Source: Octopus sinensis (Eukaryota). Taken from it: a DNA stretch of 64,000 bases. Every line of letters begins with the position of its first letter. Within the stretch, counting starts at the first letter, position 1. This document shows, one piece after another, positions 27,426-40,862 of the stretch. The notes under the pieces are model-generated. The model saw only the letters and a program-made list of their open reading frames with translations. It was not told where the DNA came from and made no database searches. The translations under genes were made by a program, and so were the position numbers. Location of the stretch: assembly GCF_006345805.1 (NCBI RefSeq), contig NC_042997.1, forward strand, positions 84,816,001 to 84,880,000, in the 5' to 3' direction.

Positions 27426-27781
27426 AACATTATTGGTGAATTGAAGAAATGGAGCTGAACGCAGATTGAACAGAAATCGTTTTATTTCATTCTACACGTG
27501 TTTCGAAAGGCACAAATTACCAAAATCCGATTGAATAATGGGACCAGTTTCGCCATGGGCTCTTAGGAGCACAGTTCGATTTGTTTTTTGCTCCGCCTCT
27601 GTTCTGTTTTTGTTTTTCCAACGGATTTCCTTTTTTCTTCCTGAAGAGAAAGACACAATATGGTCCCATTATTCAATCGGATTTTGGTAATTTGTGCCTT
27701 TCGAAACACGTGTAGAATGAAATAAAACGATTTCTGTTCAATCTGCGTTCAGCTCCATTTCTTCAATTCACCAATAATGTT
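27426..27781. repeat. Perfect 121-bp inverted repeat around a 114-bp spacer
   Basis: 27426-27546 is identical to the reverse complement of 27661-27781. Confidence 0.95.
27635..27721 (+). ncRNA. Type I hammerhead ribozyme
   Basis: UUCUUC-CUGAAGA(27641)-GAAAGACACAA...UUGUGCCUUUC-GAAA(27703)-CACGUG-UA-GAAUGAA; helix I 6 bp plus a bulge, helix II 10 of 11 bp paired, palindromic helix III. Confidence 0.88.
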
Positions 27782-27836
27782 ATATATATATATATATATA
27801 TAATATATATATATGTGTGTGTGGGTGTGTGTGTGT

Positions 27837-27879
<43 letters not shown>

Positions 27880-29053
27880 TGTGTGTGAGTTGTGTGTTTG
27901 AGTGCATGTGTGTGCGTGTCTGTCTGCAGTGCGCAAGCTACAAAGTGTTGTGGTAAACCACATGGGTATGGAAATAATATTTATAAGCAACAAAGAGTGA
28001 TATTTATAACATGAGTGATAGTAACATATCCAAATTTTCAGAAATGAAATAATACGTTTTGTGTATACACGCGTGCGCACACACACACACACACATATTC
28101 ATGTCCGTGTATACAAACATGTGCGTGCGCGCACACACACATATATGTTTGTTGTTGCTGTTTTCTGCTGCTCTGTTTTTTGACAATGTAAGAGGTGTAA
28201 AAAAAAAAAAAGACTGGACTTCTAGTAATCCTACAGATTTCATGATTTCTTGGTTGAAGTGGGACGAGAATACGCATGACTAATTTTAGATGTTCTACTC
28301 TAAACTGAGTATATGCTTTAAATGAGCTACCTCATCACATAAACTTTTGTCTTATATGAACTTAATAGTTTGAAAACTCGAGATAATGAATCAAGGACCC
28401 CAGTGATCTTTGACTGCTAGAAAAAAAATATTTCTTATCGAATTAAACATGAAACTCCTCCGCTTTCCGAGTAGTGCAATACTGATATATATCCAGTCGA
28501 CCACAGCCACTGCTATGTACAACTCTCATCAGAATCCGAGTAATAAGTAAACATCCCAAGAGTAACATTTGTGAACTGGTTTCTATTTTCGGGAAAAAAT
28601 CTGCAGATAGCAAATAGACTTAATTATAGTTTTTAATTTCCTAATTTACTTAGAAATCCATGGTCTAATGTCAATAAAAGTAATATATAGGAATTTTTTG
28701 AGGGCAGGTAGACAGCAGAATTGGTAGAGGGCTAGAAAAAGATAGTTTTCATATTTTGCCACATCCTATATTTTGCCCTAGTTTTAAATCCAATTCAGGC
28801 TAACTTTAAATTATGACTTTTGACGTGAATAAACTAAGTGCCAGTAATGTAATGGTTTCGATTAAGTCCTATCTTTTTCTGTAAAGCATGCTTGTCAATC
28901 AATTAAAACGTTTTTCATGAACGACCTTTTGTTAGAAATAGAACAGAATATTTAAGATTTCATTTAGTCGTTTTATTTTTTCCTTTCAAATGTAGCACCC
29001 ATTATGTTTTCAGCCTCTCAGAGACTGATGTCAGGAAAAAGGTCGATCTAGTC

Positions 29054-29293
29054 CAGTATTTCTCAACCACGATTTGCCTAGGAAACCCTTCGATTCTTAT
29101 TCTACTCAGGCTGATCTCCGTAGCCATTTGATGTTTTAAAAAATGCTATTGTATTTTTTGCGATTAAATATTATCAAGGATTGTGTTTAAAAAAGAATGT
29201 TAAAATATCTTATGTACTGTAGAAATATAACTAATTTATCACACATAAATGCTAACGACAAAATCCCATATGCACCCCGGTTGAGAACCACTG
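29054..29293. mobile_element. hAT/Charlie-like MITE
   Basis: Termini cagtatttctcaacc and ggttgagaaccactg; target site duplication not clearly preserved. Confidence 0.55.
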
Positions 29294-30026
29294 TTGTTGT
29301 CCGAGGCATCGCATATGGACATCGAGTAGTCTTCAAATACATACAACAAAAGAGACAACGGTACGAGGGTCAGGTGATAGTGTTAAACCTAACGACTGGT
29401 TGGATTATGCTTGTAATTTGAGGTGAAATTATATGTAGAATGACTGCTTTTCATCACTCTGTATCACAAAAGAAAGACATATGTTCATTTTAAATTTATA
29501 TTATAGTTTAGAAAATTAAAGTCAGTAATCATGACATTTATTTATTAATTTATTTTTTCAGGACTTCCGTGAACGCTGATAGAAAGCGTGAAAGTTATTT
29601 TCAGATCCTTCACCTAACCTCAATGTTTGCAATAGACTCTACTAAAAGCATTCATCAACCAGCTGATGGTGTTAAGCAGGGCGACGGATTAAGTATATCA
29701 GCCAAAAATTAAATTTCTTGCTTGGTTAGTCAGAAAGAACAACTGTCACAGCTATTGTATTCAGCTTCATCCCTATGGATTAGATCAACTAAGTAACAGA
29801 CATGTGTTGTGGTTGATTCATTCGGTATATATAATACATTTGTCTATTTATTTATGATCCCACGTCAATATGAGGAATCGATATTACAGCTATTCCGGTT
29901 CATGTAAAACTGTAAATACAAAGTCATAAAACAAATGATCTAAGCTTGTTCATTTTGTTTAATTCGAACCAAATCACGTGACAAGCCACGGTTGACTCAA
30001 GTTTGTATGTCATTTTGACATCAAAC

Positions 30027-30066
<40 letters not shown>

Positions 30067-30489
30067 CTGGGTATCCAGCAGTGCATAGCCTGATTCGTTT
30101 CTTTGCTTTAATATCATTTTCTCACGAAAGGTTTTGCCAGCAATGTTCAATGGTACGCCGATAATAACCACTACCTTGCATAGTTTAGTAAATGATTGTA
30201 GTCACTCTAATTTCATCAACCACATCAGGTTAGGATGACAGTAGTTTCAATTGATATTTAGAGAAAGAGACTCGGAGAGAGAGGGAGAAAGAGAGAAAAA
30301 GGAAAGCAAAAAAACAAAGTGGGGAAAAAGAAAAACGAAGACAGAAATACAGAGTGATAAACCGGTGGGGGAAAAATAAGGGACATAAAACCAAAGGTGC
30401 GTTTGACTTGCTTTCGACTTACAACCAGTTAAGTTTACATCGCAACATATGAGTGTGTAAAGTCGCTCGACTTACTACAAATAACAACC

Positions 30490-30812
30490 AAATTTCACTG
30501 CTGTCTCTTGCTTCCCAACCATGTGTTCTTGCGTTCATTGCCCCTGCGCGGCACCTTGTGCAAGTGTCTTCCGCTATAGCCCCTGGGCCGATAAAAGCCT
30601 TGTGGGTGAATTTGGTAGACGGAAAGCGAAAGAAGCCTGTTTGTGTGTGTGTTTGTTTGTTTATTCCATGCCAACGCTTAACAGTATATATTGGTTTATC
30701 ACCCCATAAATTAGTGATTCGGCAAACAGAAATCAATGAAATAAGTACCAGGCTTCTGAAGCATCTAAGTTGATTTGATTGACTAAACTCATCAAGACAG
30801 TGCCCCAGTATG
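30490..30812 (+). mobile_element. SINE family A copy
   Basis: ggcaccttgtgcaagtgtcttc...gggccgataaaagccttgtgggtgaatttggtagacggaaa. Confidence 0.75.
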
Positions 30813-31089
30813 AAGGACATATTGATAGCGTATTCTTAGACACACGAAAAAATACAGATGATCATACCTGGAACGCCTTTGATCATAAGTCTGATTAAAG
30901 CTAAAAAAAAAACATTAACATCTACAATCACAACTGCAACAATGATATTGTTACATATGGACACTGAATATAATAGAGAAAACGACAATGTAAGGATATC
31001 TAACAAACAGATGCCGGGATTATATATTCAAATCTTATTGACGTAACAGTTATCATTAAAAGAATGACGAGGTTGTAAGCGTGGGTATA

Positions 31090-31160
<71 letters not shown>

Positions 31161-32246
31161 TGTGTAACGTGAGAGTTGCGTTACACACTCTAAAATATCC
31201 GCACATATTCGAATATGTATAAAATACATGGGCCAATGTGCACACATCTTCTACATTATGTGTTCTGGGTGAAGTACATATATTTTTCTTAATACTGTTT
31301 GTCTTTTACCGGTTCCTGTTACTGAACTAGTTTACTATATTTATGGAGGAACTTGATGTAGGTTTATCTGAGATGGTATACAGTAGAATTCCTAATAGAT
31401 GAAAGAAAAAGTTGACGTCTGCTGCATGTCAGTTCCGCTATTATACGAGGTGGTTTTGAAACGTTGGTGATCTTAAAGTCCCGAACTATTTTCAGTATCT
31501 AACCAGCACTAAGAAGAGAGAGAGAGAGAAGGGGGAGGAAGAGAGTAGAACTCTTGGCCCAATTTGAAAGCCCCATTTCAATGATAAAGTTTGATTTCAT
31601 TTCTTCCAAACTACTTCAAATATAAACACCGTTTGTCCCTCCCTTCTATATTCCGTGAGTCGAGTTTTAAAATCTTTTTTTTTTCACTCCTATTAGTTCA
31701 TCGTCTTCCAGTTCAGTAGTGAAATGGAGTCTTTGAGAGGTCCATAGTCGGGAAGAGTAAACTAAACATCTGCGAGAAAGTCTCCGTCTAGTCTTTCATT
31801 CCCGATGTAAAGACTTCAAGTCATCTTACTCCTAATTTCAAGTTACCTACCGGTAATCAGAATTCCATTTCACTTTACCCCCGAAGGCAGCTTGGACCCG
31901 ATTTCAAAATTCCTCTGCACTGTCCACATTAACTCCTCTCCGATCTCGCTAAAAAGCTAAATTCTAACGCTTACAACTCATGTGTCCATAGCATTAAATA
32001 CAAGTAAAATTTGAAATATAAAAAACAAAAAGTGATTTTTAAATATCCCCTAACATTTTTATGGTGCCTTTAAAAAAAAACAAAATAAAAAAACACTTTC
32101 AACGGTAGAGATACTTAGTCTGCAATTTTTTAAAAAAATAAATACATTACTTACTGATGATTTAAAGCCTTTTTTAATTTTCTGTTCGAATTTATTAAAG
32201 ATAAACTGCAATTACAAATATATTTATACGTTTCAAATGCAATCGA

Positions 32247-32278
<32 letters not shown>

Positions 32279-33519
32279 TATATATATATACATATATATA
32301 TGTGTATAAATATATATGATACAAAACAAAATATATTAATACATATACACTTAAAATACAAACGAAATGTATTGATATACAAAATAAAATATATTAATAC
32401 ACTTCATGTGTAGCGAAATATATTTAATCTACTAACAAAATATATTAATGCACTTTAAATGTATTTATACATAAATGAAAAATATTTATACATTTTAAGT
32501 GCAAACGATATGTATTTATATACGAAACCAAATGTTTACACACTTACTGGTAGTTATTATGATTACAAGTTATAATTTACAGAAAAAAATTATTATAATA
32601 ATGATAATATCAACAAAATCATTATAAAAATATATAAGAATTTTTTTATTCACCAGCAGAGCGACAAACTTTTAGGAAAGGATGTGAGGGGATTGGGGTT
32701 ATATGAAATCGCAGCGGGTAGGATGAAATGAATTTGTGATTACCCGAAGGTTGATTTGAAATCTATTTCATCCCACCCCCTCTACTCTAAATGCGATTTC
32801 GAGTTACTGGGAGATTCCAAGTTACTGGACTGAGGTGATGTGTTTTGAAATCGCCACAACAAAAATTCATTCCTATGTTCAAGAGAATAATTAACAACCG
32901 GAAATTCAGTGGCCTTGGAGTGGGGCTATGAAGGTCATGAGTATTGCCACTTTTACAAGATAATTTCAACAATCAATAAAATATATGCTGTTAATATTTT
33001 AGTTATTCTTCATTACTCATTACAATAGCCAAGAATTGTACGGATACTGATACAAGTGTTACAATTGCATCAGCAACAAAATGCCAGCAAATTTCTAGCA
33101 TTACATTACAATACATGTCAGCCCATTTGTATGGGCGTCTTCATGCATAATTTGATATCATGGAGAAACGTGATTTGGGGGCACCATTGTTCTTTTGGAA
33201 TCATCAACAGTGAGAGCAGCTATTCTAATAACAGAATTATTACATATAGTAATGGTTCCAAGACCGTTCCCTGTAGATTTGCCAATCAGGTACACAGATC
33301 GTTTTAATAGATCGTACGCCCCTATACGATCTCATAAAATAATGGCCATCGAGTTGGTTCTACAAGTCTTTATTTTATACGTAAAACAGCAAAAAATAAA
33401 ATCGAATAAACTGCAGAGTAACGTAAAATAGGCATTTTAGTGTCTTTAGTTGTCATGTTTAATATCAAGTTAGCTTCGATCAAACTCTAGAACGAAAGGT
33501 ATATCCAAGACCACTAGTT

Positions 33520-35230
33520 AATTAGTGAACGTACGTCCGAAATGGAAGCCGCAAATCCCTCTACGTCGTAGTTCACGACCTCCGACTTGGACGGGTTTAC
33601 TTTGAAGCCGATCCTCACTGGAGGGGGAAATCACTGCTCGGAGATCGTGGCAGACATTCTCAACTGGCCCACCTATCGTCGCATCATCCAGGTACCAGAC
33701 ATTGAAAGGGGCCGTGATGCCCCGAGCACTGTTGTTCACCATGAGAGCGAATACGATGGAGCCCAATGGATCGCCCTGTCGCTGAGAAGCATGCGCGGAT
33801 TCCTGCACGACAAGTAAGCCGGCGGGTAGACAGACAGGGCTCGACTGAGGCAGGTCTGTAGCAAGTGGATATGGTACAAAGATTTGAAAGCGTTTTTCAT
33901 GTCAAGCTTGACAATAAGATGCTTGGAGTAGCTTGATGCCAGCTCAGGAGAGTCATTGAAAAACTGTCTAGCGGCATGGGCATCCCCTTCCTATCCCGCT
34001 GTCTAAGCCGACCCTAGCAGTACCGGGCTTATTTCCTCGCCAAGTTTGGATGCGGCAGAGCTGCAGAATACAATTGGTCGCCTGTCTCCGAGAGAAATTT
34101 CCATAGTGATGGAGCGTATGCCCTCATCCTTCTTCTTGAGAGTGATTAGACAGGTTGAAAAGAAGAGGCCCCGGGGATAAAGATCTAGGGCAACGTAAAT
34201 GAATTTGTCGATGAGAGCTGTAACTGCGCTCAGCAGGCAGCACCCGGCTTCGGCAGTGTGTGCAGACAGCAAATCTTTTAGGTGGTTGGGTCGGAGACCG
34301 TAGATATTTCCGCTGCTACTGGCACCGCAAAACCTCAGGGCAGAGAGGATGTATTTCTCGGAGGCCACATTCGGCGCCTGGATGTCGGGTGGTGATATGG
34401 GTCTGAGGTCGGCTGGTAGCTCAGGATGTTTTAGTCGGAGGACAGCCAGGACCACTTCGGTAGGGTAGAGGACGGTGTTATGAGAGGTGACTACTCTGAC
34501 AGCCTCTGAGACATTACCTTCAATAAGTTTTGCATTTACACGGTCGTGTAGGCGCTTTAAGCCGGCGTCAGGGGTGGAGATCTGCGGGGGCGAGAATGGG
34601 CTGAGTGCAACATGTTCGGACACAATAGGTATGGGTGCCTGCCCAAGGGACGAGATGTTGGCCCTGACTAGGGCTGTTGTAGACAGACCACCTCGATCGG
34701 CGGCAGTGTTGGGGAGACCAAGAGTGAGCAGAGCAAAATAGACACTAGATTCCAATCGCATGGTCGACCAGATTCTAGGGCTTTCTCGTATCAGCCACCA
34801 GCACCCGAGCCCTTTTCGGGATCTTAAGAGGGATCTTACGAAGCCTCCCGAGCTGAGCGATGTTTGACTGGTGAGAGTTGGGCGTCAGACAGGTATGCCG
34901 TTTTATCTGAGGGTGTGGTGGATGGCCGCTGACGCGCAGCTGAGGGGGAGAAGAAGCTGCTGCATTTCCACATTGAGAGCGCATTTGAGACCCATCGTGT
35001 CAGGTCGACGCAAGAGACATGATGGAAACAACCATATCTCGAACAGTTCCTCCCTCTCTTTTTCCTATTGGTAGAGGCGCATGTGCTGCAGATAGCTTCC
35101 TGTATAGGTGGGGCGCACAGTCGGGGACTGGAATGCCGTTCAACAACGAGGGCGTCGGTGAACCCTGGTGTGGAAACGGAGCAATTGACTGGCATCCTGG
35201 AAATTGGTGGGTGACGTGGCTAGAATACTG
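33520..35230 (-). mobile_element. CRE-clade-like non-LTR retrotransposon (N-terminal PHD-like finger plus RT), 3'-truncated pseudogene
   Basis: GLRPNHLKDLL, LITLKKKDEGIRSI, VKLDMKNAF, QGDPLGSIVFAL and FNVWYLDDATIGG are CRE-type RT motifs; N-terminus ICSTC..NCSRY..HHVSC..MWKCSS. Confidence 0.8.
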
Positions 35231-35758
35231 ATGCAATTATAGCCGTTGGATTGGGGAAGCCGAAGATCCGAGCATTGCAGAAATCAGAGCAAGGGGAAAA
35301 TGGAAGAAAAAAGGGGAAGAAAAAGGTGAGAGAAGGAAAGATACAAAACAAAAAAAAAACGTAGAATAAAAAGAAGAAAAAAGGAATGTGCGAGAAAAAA
35401 GATAGAAACATTGAGATAAATAAAGGGAGAGAGACAACCCGAGATCCTCCCCGACTTCATTCTTTCTTAGACAATCGCAGCATACAATCTGTCCATACAC
35501 CCATGCTTGTGTGTGTGTGTGTGTGTGTGTGTGTAATCAAAATATAAATATGAATATGAATATAAATATGAATGTTCAGAAGAACATGTCCATACGTGAG
35601 TATGTTTAAAAAAGAAAATATGAGAAACAATACATTCAAATGTGAATATATGCAGAGGTGTAGAGCAGCACTTAAAAGTGGCTGTTGCATTAGAACATAC
35701 AAATACTGCGATATTTTCCAAGAGGGAAAAACTCTTTTATGGTTTTTTGGTGCATATA

Positions 35759-36998
35759 TTGGGCTGGTAACTAAGTTCCCGCCATTTATTTTAATTTTAG
35801 AATTTATTGCGTTTTTAATTTCGGAATCTATTTTTTTCGAGAATTCTATTTTTGAATCATTTTGGAATCTAACTTTTTCTTGTTAATTTTAGTTAATTTT
35901 TGTTTATTTTCAGATCGTTAAAATGGAATGTTAAGTTAAGAAAAACGAGCATTTTCGACTTCTCCTTCTTTTTGCTTTTAATCAAGGTTCTAAGGCCACA
36001 AAAGCTGCTCGCGACATTTGTGCTGTGTATGGAGAGGGTGCCATAGGTGAAAGAACCGCTCGGGATTAGTATGCCAAGTTCAAAAATGGAAATTTTGACC
36101 TCAAAGACGCACCTCGTTCTGGCCGTCCAGTTGAGTTCGATGAAGAGCGATTAAACCAACTTTTTCACGAAAATTCTCGTCAAACGACAAGGGAACTGGC
36201 AGAGAAAATGGAATGCTCCCACAAAGCTATGGAGAAGCATCTTCACACGATGGGAAAGGTTCAGAAGTTTGGAGCATGGGTTCCGCATGCTTTAAGTGAC
36301 AACAACAAAAGTCAACGAGCCATAATCTCTGCTGGCTTGCTTGCTCATCACCGCTCAACTCATGGACACAAGCAATGATTTCTTTACCGAATCGTTACTG
36401 GCAATGAAAAATGATGCCTGTACCTCAATATGAAGCAGCGTAAGGAATAGCTTAGTCTCGGTAAACAAGCGACACCGCGCGTGAAACAAGATCTTCATCC
36501 GCATAAAACGATGTTGTGCGTATAGTAGGACTGGGAAGGGATTATGCATTGCAAATTGCTTGAACGGAACCAAACGGTCAACGTGGAATTCTATGTTTAA
36601 GAGGTGGAGCGACTCAACACGGCTATTCAAGAAAAAGGACTTAATCGGCAGCATGGAGTTCTTCTGCTGCACGACAACGCTCGCCCTCATATCGCCAATA
36701 TGACCAAGGAAGCCATTCAAACGCATGGCTGGGAAGTGCACCAACGGATTTCCACTTCTTTCAATCTCTTTCAAATGCTATGCGCGGAGTTTCGTTCAAT
36801 ACTGATGTAGAATTGAGAGTTTGGCTGGATCAATTTTTCGAGTCGAAATACCAACGAGGTATTGAAAATCCTGTTGAACGTTGGGAAGTTGTAAATAACA
36901 AGGGTGAATACATTATTGATTAATTAGTTGTTATTTTTTATTAAACTTTTAAACAATTTAAATTTTTAAAAACCGCAGGAACTTAATTGCCAACCCAA
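35759..36998 (+). mobile_element. Near-full-length mariner element with a defective transposase (about 35923-36923)
   Basis: TIRs ttgggctggtaactaagttccc and ggaacttaattgccaacccaa flanked by TA; RSGRP, WVPHAL, IVTGNEK and LLHDNARPH motifs; several stop codons, and the YSPDLAP region is deleted. Confidence 0.95.
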
Positions 36999-37027
36999 TA
37001 TATATATATATATATAATATGTTGCGG

Positions 37028-37230
37028 GGACACACCACCACCGGTAGTCAAGTGAGACAAACAGACAGAAACACACTCACACATACATATGACGGGCTTC
37101 TTTCAGTTTCAGTCTACAAAATTCAATCATAAAGCTTTGGTTGGCTCGTGGCTACAGTAGAAGACACTTGCCTAAGGTGCTACGCAGTGGAACTGAACCC
37201 AGAAGCAAGCTTCTTACCACAAAGACACAC
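37028..37230 (-). mobile_element. SINE family A 5' half
   Basis: gacgggcttctttcagtttc...agaagacacttgcctaaggtgc...cttcttaccaca. Confidence 0.75.
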
Positions 37231-37242
37231 CTGCGCCCATCT

Positions 37243-37310
<68 letters not shown>

Positions 37311-37893
37311 GTGTGTGTGTGTTGTGGTGTGTGTGGATATATATATATATACCTTCTATCTATAAATGCTCTAATATCTACACAGACTTGGTTTTATCTT
37401 ATTACGCAAAAAAATTATAATATATATATATATATTATATATATATATATATTGAACGTTATATGTATGTCGATCCCATTGCGTAGCCCTTCAGCAAATG
37501 TTCTTTTCTATAAACTAGGACTGACACGTACTTTCTGAGGGACATTAGTTAGAGAAAGCCTGCGTCGAAACTAGTTGAATGGTTTGGTTTGTACTCACAA
37601 TTCAAAGGTATAGGCTTGTATTACTCAGTGTCACTTTGATTCTGCAATAGAGTTTTAGGATACACTTGTGAGTGGACCTCTCAATCACTTACACGCTAGT
37701 TCAATGAACAAGTAAATCAATTTAGCGAACAACTCAATCCTCAGCGACGAAACCGATGGTCTAGCCATGGATATGTGGTAAGAAGCTTTTTTCATAACCA
37801 CATGGCTCCGAGTTCAGTCCCTTGGGAAAGTGTCTTCTACTATAGCCTCGGGCCGACCAAGTGAGTGAATTTGGTAGACACATTGCTTTCTGT

Positions 37894-38454
37894 TGTGCTT
37901 GTTACATTTCCAGTGATTGGTGGTTCTTTTAGAGGATTTTTCACAGCAATACTAATACCTCGTATACCCTATTATAATTATAAATTAATTATAGAATTTT
38001 AGATTTGCCATTTATCGGTTTTTTGCTTGCTGGTCACTTTTATTATTGTTGTTAATAGTTATTTTACTAATGATAATAATTAAAAGTAATACCTATATAA
38101 ATATTTTCGAATATCCATCGACATCGCTTTTGAATTTGGCGCTAGCTTTTCAACGATTATCAAGCACAGCGAAGCGAGAATAGTTTTTAACCCTAGGTAT
38201 GTAGTGAAAACTGCTGATGAGAATTAAGGGTGGTAAGCTCTCAAAATTCGAAATCACTTGATCCAAGGATATCTATTTCCTCATTCTTCAGCTTTCTGCC
38301 GAGATGATAAGTTAATTTCTTTGTTCGTAGCTCGATTTCGGTTGTACTTGTTACATTTCCAGTGATTGATGTTTTTCTAGAGGATTTTTCGACATTGATT
38401 TTCACAGTAATGCTGGTACCTCGTGTACCCTATTATAGTTATAAATTAATTATA
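37894..38454 (+). repeat. Direct repeats of about 100-110 bp (37894-37993, 38343-38454) flanking an HHR-bearing spacer
   Basis: cttgttacatttccagtgattg...tagaggattttt...taccctattata.ttataaattaattata occurs twice. Confidence 0.85.
38208..38270 (+). ncRNA. Type I hammerhead-like motif with weak helix I
   Basis: CUGAUGA(38214)-GAAUU..AAUUC-GAAA-UCACUUGA-UC; related to the HHRs at 62238 and 62570. Confidence 0.6.
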
Positions 38455-39351
38455 TATATATAAATGAAAACGTATGGTAAACACATGATGCCGTTTATAC
38501 CCTTTGTTCCCTACATTCGTTTCATCATAGTGGCTATTTGCAGCCTCTGCAGTGGGTATTCACAATTCAACTTGGCTGCAGATCCACAACGCTTCCTCAG
38601 TGGAATACATTAATACAAATATGAATAGATTTTTACATTACAAATCAAACAGTCCGATATATATGGATGCAGGCGTAATAGATATGTGTGTGTGCGCGTG
38701 CGTGCATTTCAACATATTGGGAAACTACACAATTAACACAGTAGACATTTCTTCAAACTGATCGTTATCATTTTATTCATATCTCTGATGTTTGTTATAC
38801 TTTGACACAAAGTCAGGTTTACATAAATAGACGTGGCGAAATAATTTTCTTCTTTTTTTCTCTTCCCGATGGAATGAAATGGAAGCTATAAACACAGGAT
38901 ATTTACGCACAATGTCTCTTTCCAAATTCATTTTTACTGATCAGTTTCAACTCATCTATGAAAATTTAATATCTGGAGCGAGTTTATTAGAAATTTTAAT
39001 TTCAGTATCTACCTGTACGACTAATTTCTATATTCTAAATACTTTCATGTAACATAAAGAAGTTTCGGGGAATATTATTTTTATATATTTAAATGCTGCC
39101 TTTTTATATCTATATCATCTAGCTACACGTCAGAATTTATATACATACACATGCACACACATTCAAACACACAACGTGTATATGGCTTTTATTGATTTAC
39201 GTATAACACATGTTCTTTTACTACTACTACAACAACTACTACTACTGCTGCAGAAATATATATATTAATATTGGTTATATGTATCAATATTGGCTATACA
39301 TACATATAATACATATACATGTATGTATATATAAATATATGCGTATGTGTG

Positions 39352-39407
<56 letters not shown>

Positions 39408-39481
39408 TATATTATATATATATACATATATATATATATATTCATATATATATACATATATGTAGATATATGTAGATATGT

Positions 39482-39528
<47 letters not shown>

Positions 39529-39781
39529 CTATTGTATATATATATATATGCGCATTTATGTAAGTATGTATGTAGCTACGCAGGTAGGTAGGTAGGAAGG
39601 GAGGTAGATAGAATGGTAGGTCGGTAGATAGTTATGTATGCTTGTATGATTGCATGTATGTATCTGTATTTAATAATGTATATGTGTATACTTCCTGCAC
39701 GACTGCATGCATACAAGTGTATTTGTGTATTTGTTTTGTTCTGTGAGTTTCTGTTGTTATAAACGTTTCACAAACGCAGTC

Positions 39782-39818
<37 letters not shown>

Positions 39819-39830
39819 TAAATAGATAGA

Positions 39831-39882
<52 letters not shown>

Positions 39883-40407
39883 TGGACAGACAGACAGACA
39901 GACTGACAGATAGATAGATATATAGATAGATAAAGAGAAAGAGAAAGAGATAGGCAGATAGACAGATGGATGAATAAACAGATAGATATAGATATACACA
40001 TAATGTATACGTACATACATACATACATACATACATAACATAACATATGTAACATATAAAGTAACTAAACTCTGTTTGACAAAAATATGGGTCAATTGGA
40101 GCATAAATCTAGAAATAATGTCGTTTTCGACATCGAATATCCTATATCACATCGATTTTCATCATAAATCTGTGATTTTACAGCCAAATGCAGCATGTAA
40201 TATGTACTTACTCCATGCTTTATTTTGTAGCTGGATATATTTCTGTCGCGTCATAAGTATAACTCATTGACGGGAAATGATATTAGGGAGAGAAATAGAG
40301 ACTGAAAGAGAGAAAAGTGACGATGGTGAGAAACTATGAGGAAGGTTGTGAGGGTGAAAAATGTAAACAGAGGATACGATAGGGAAAGAGAAGAACAGTA
40401 AGAAACA

Positions 40408-40448
<41 letters not shown>

Positions 40449-40603
40449 AGAGTGAGAGAGAGAGAGTGAGTGAGAGGAGTTGAAGAAGAGGAATAGAAAG
40501 GGAGAATAAGTCATAGTATGAAAGGAAAATTTCGGAAGACAACTAAGCGCACACATATTATATGCATATATATGATTGCTTATGCAATCATATACCTGGA
40601 ATA

Positions 40604-40694
<91 letters not shown>

Positions 40695-40831
40695 TCGGAA
40701 AGCGAGAAGGAGGGGAAAGATGTACACATGCATGCATATACATGTGTGCATAAGTGTGTATATATATATATATGTTTACATATACACACACATACACGCA
40801 CACACGCACGCACGCACGCACACACACATAC

Positions 40832-40862
<31 letters not shown>

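Noticed and set aside
28455-28540. Minus-strand CUGAUGA-GAGU..long hairpin..ACUC-G-GAAA
   Set aside because: No helix III/NUH or helix I can be formed after GAAA; at best a dead remnant
29560-29712. Short frame containing GVKQGDGLS after an acceptor-like tttcag
   Set aside because: A single RT-like motif with no surrounding RT motifs; cannot support either an exon or a LINE call
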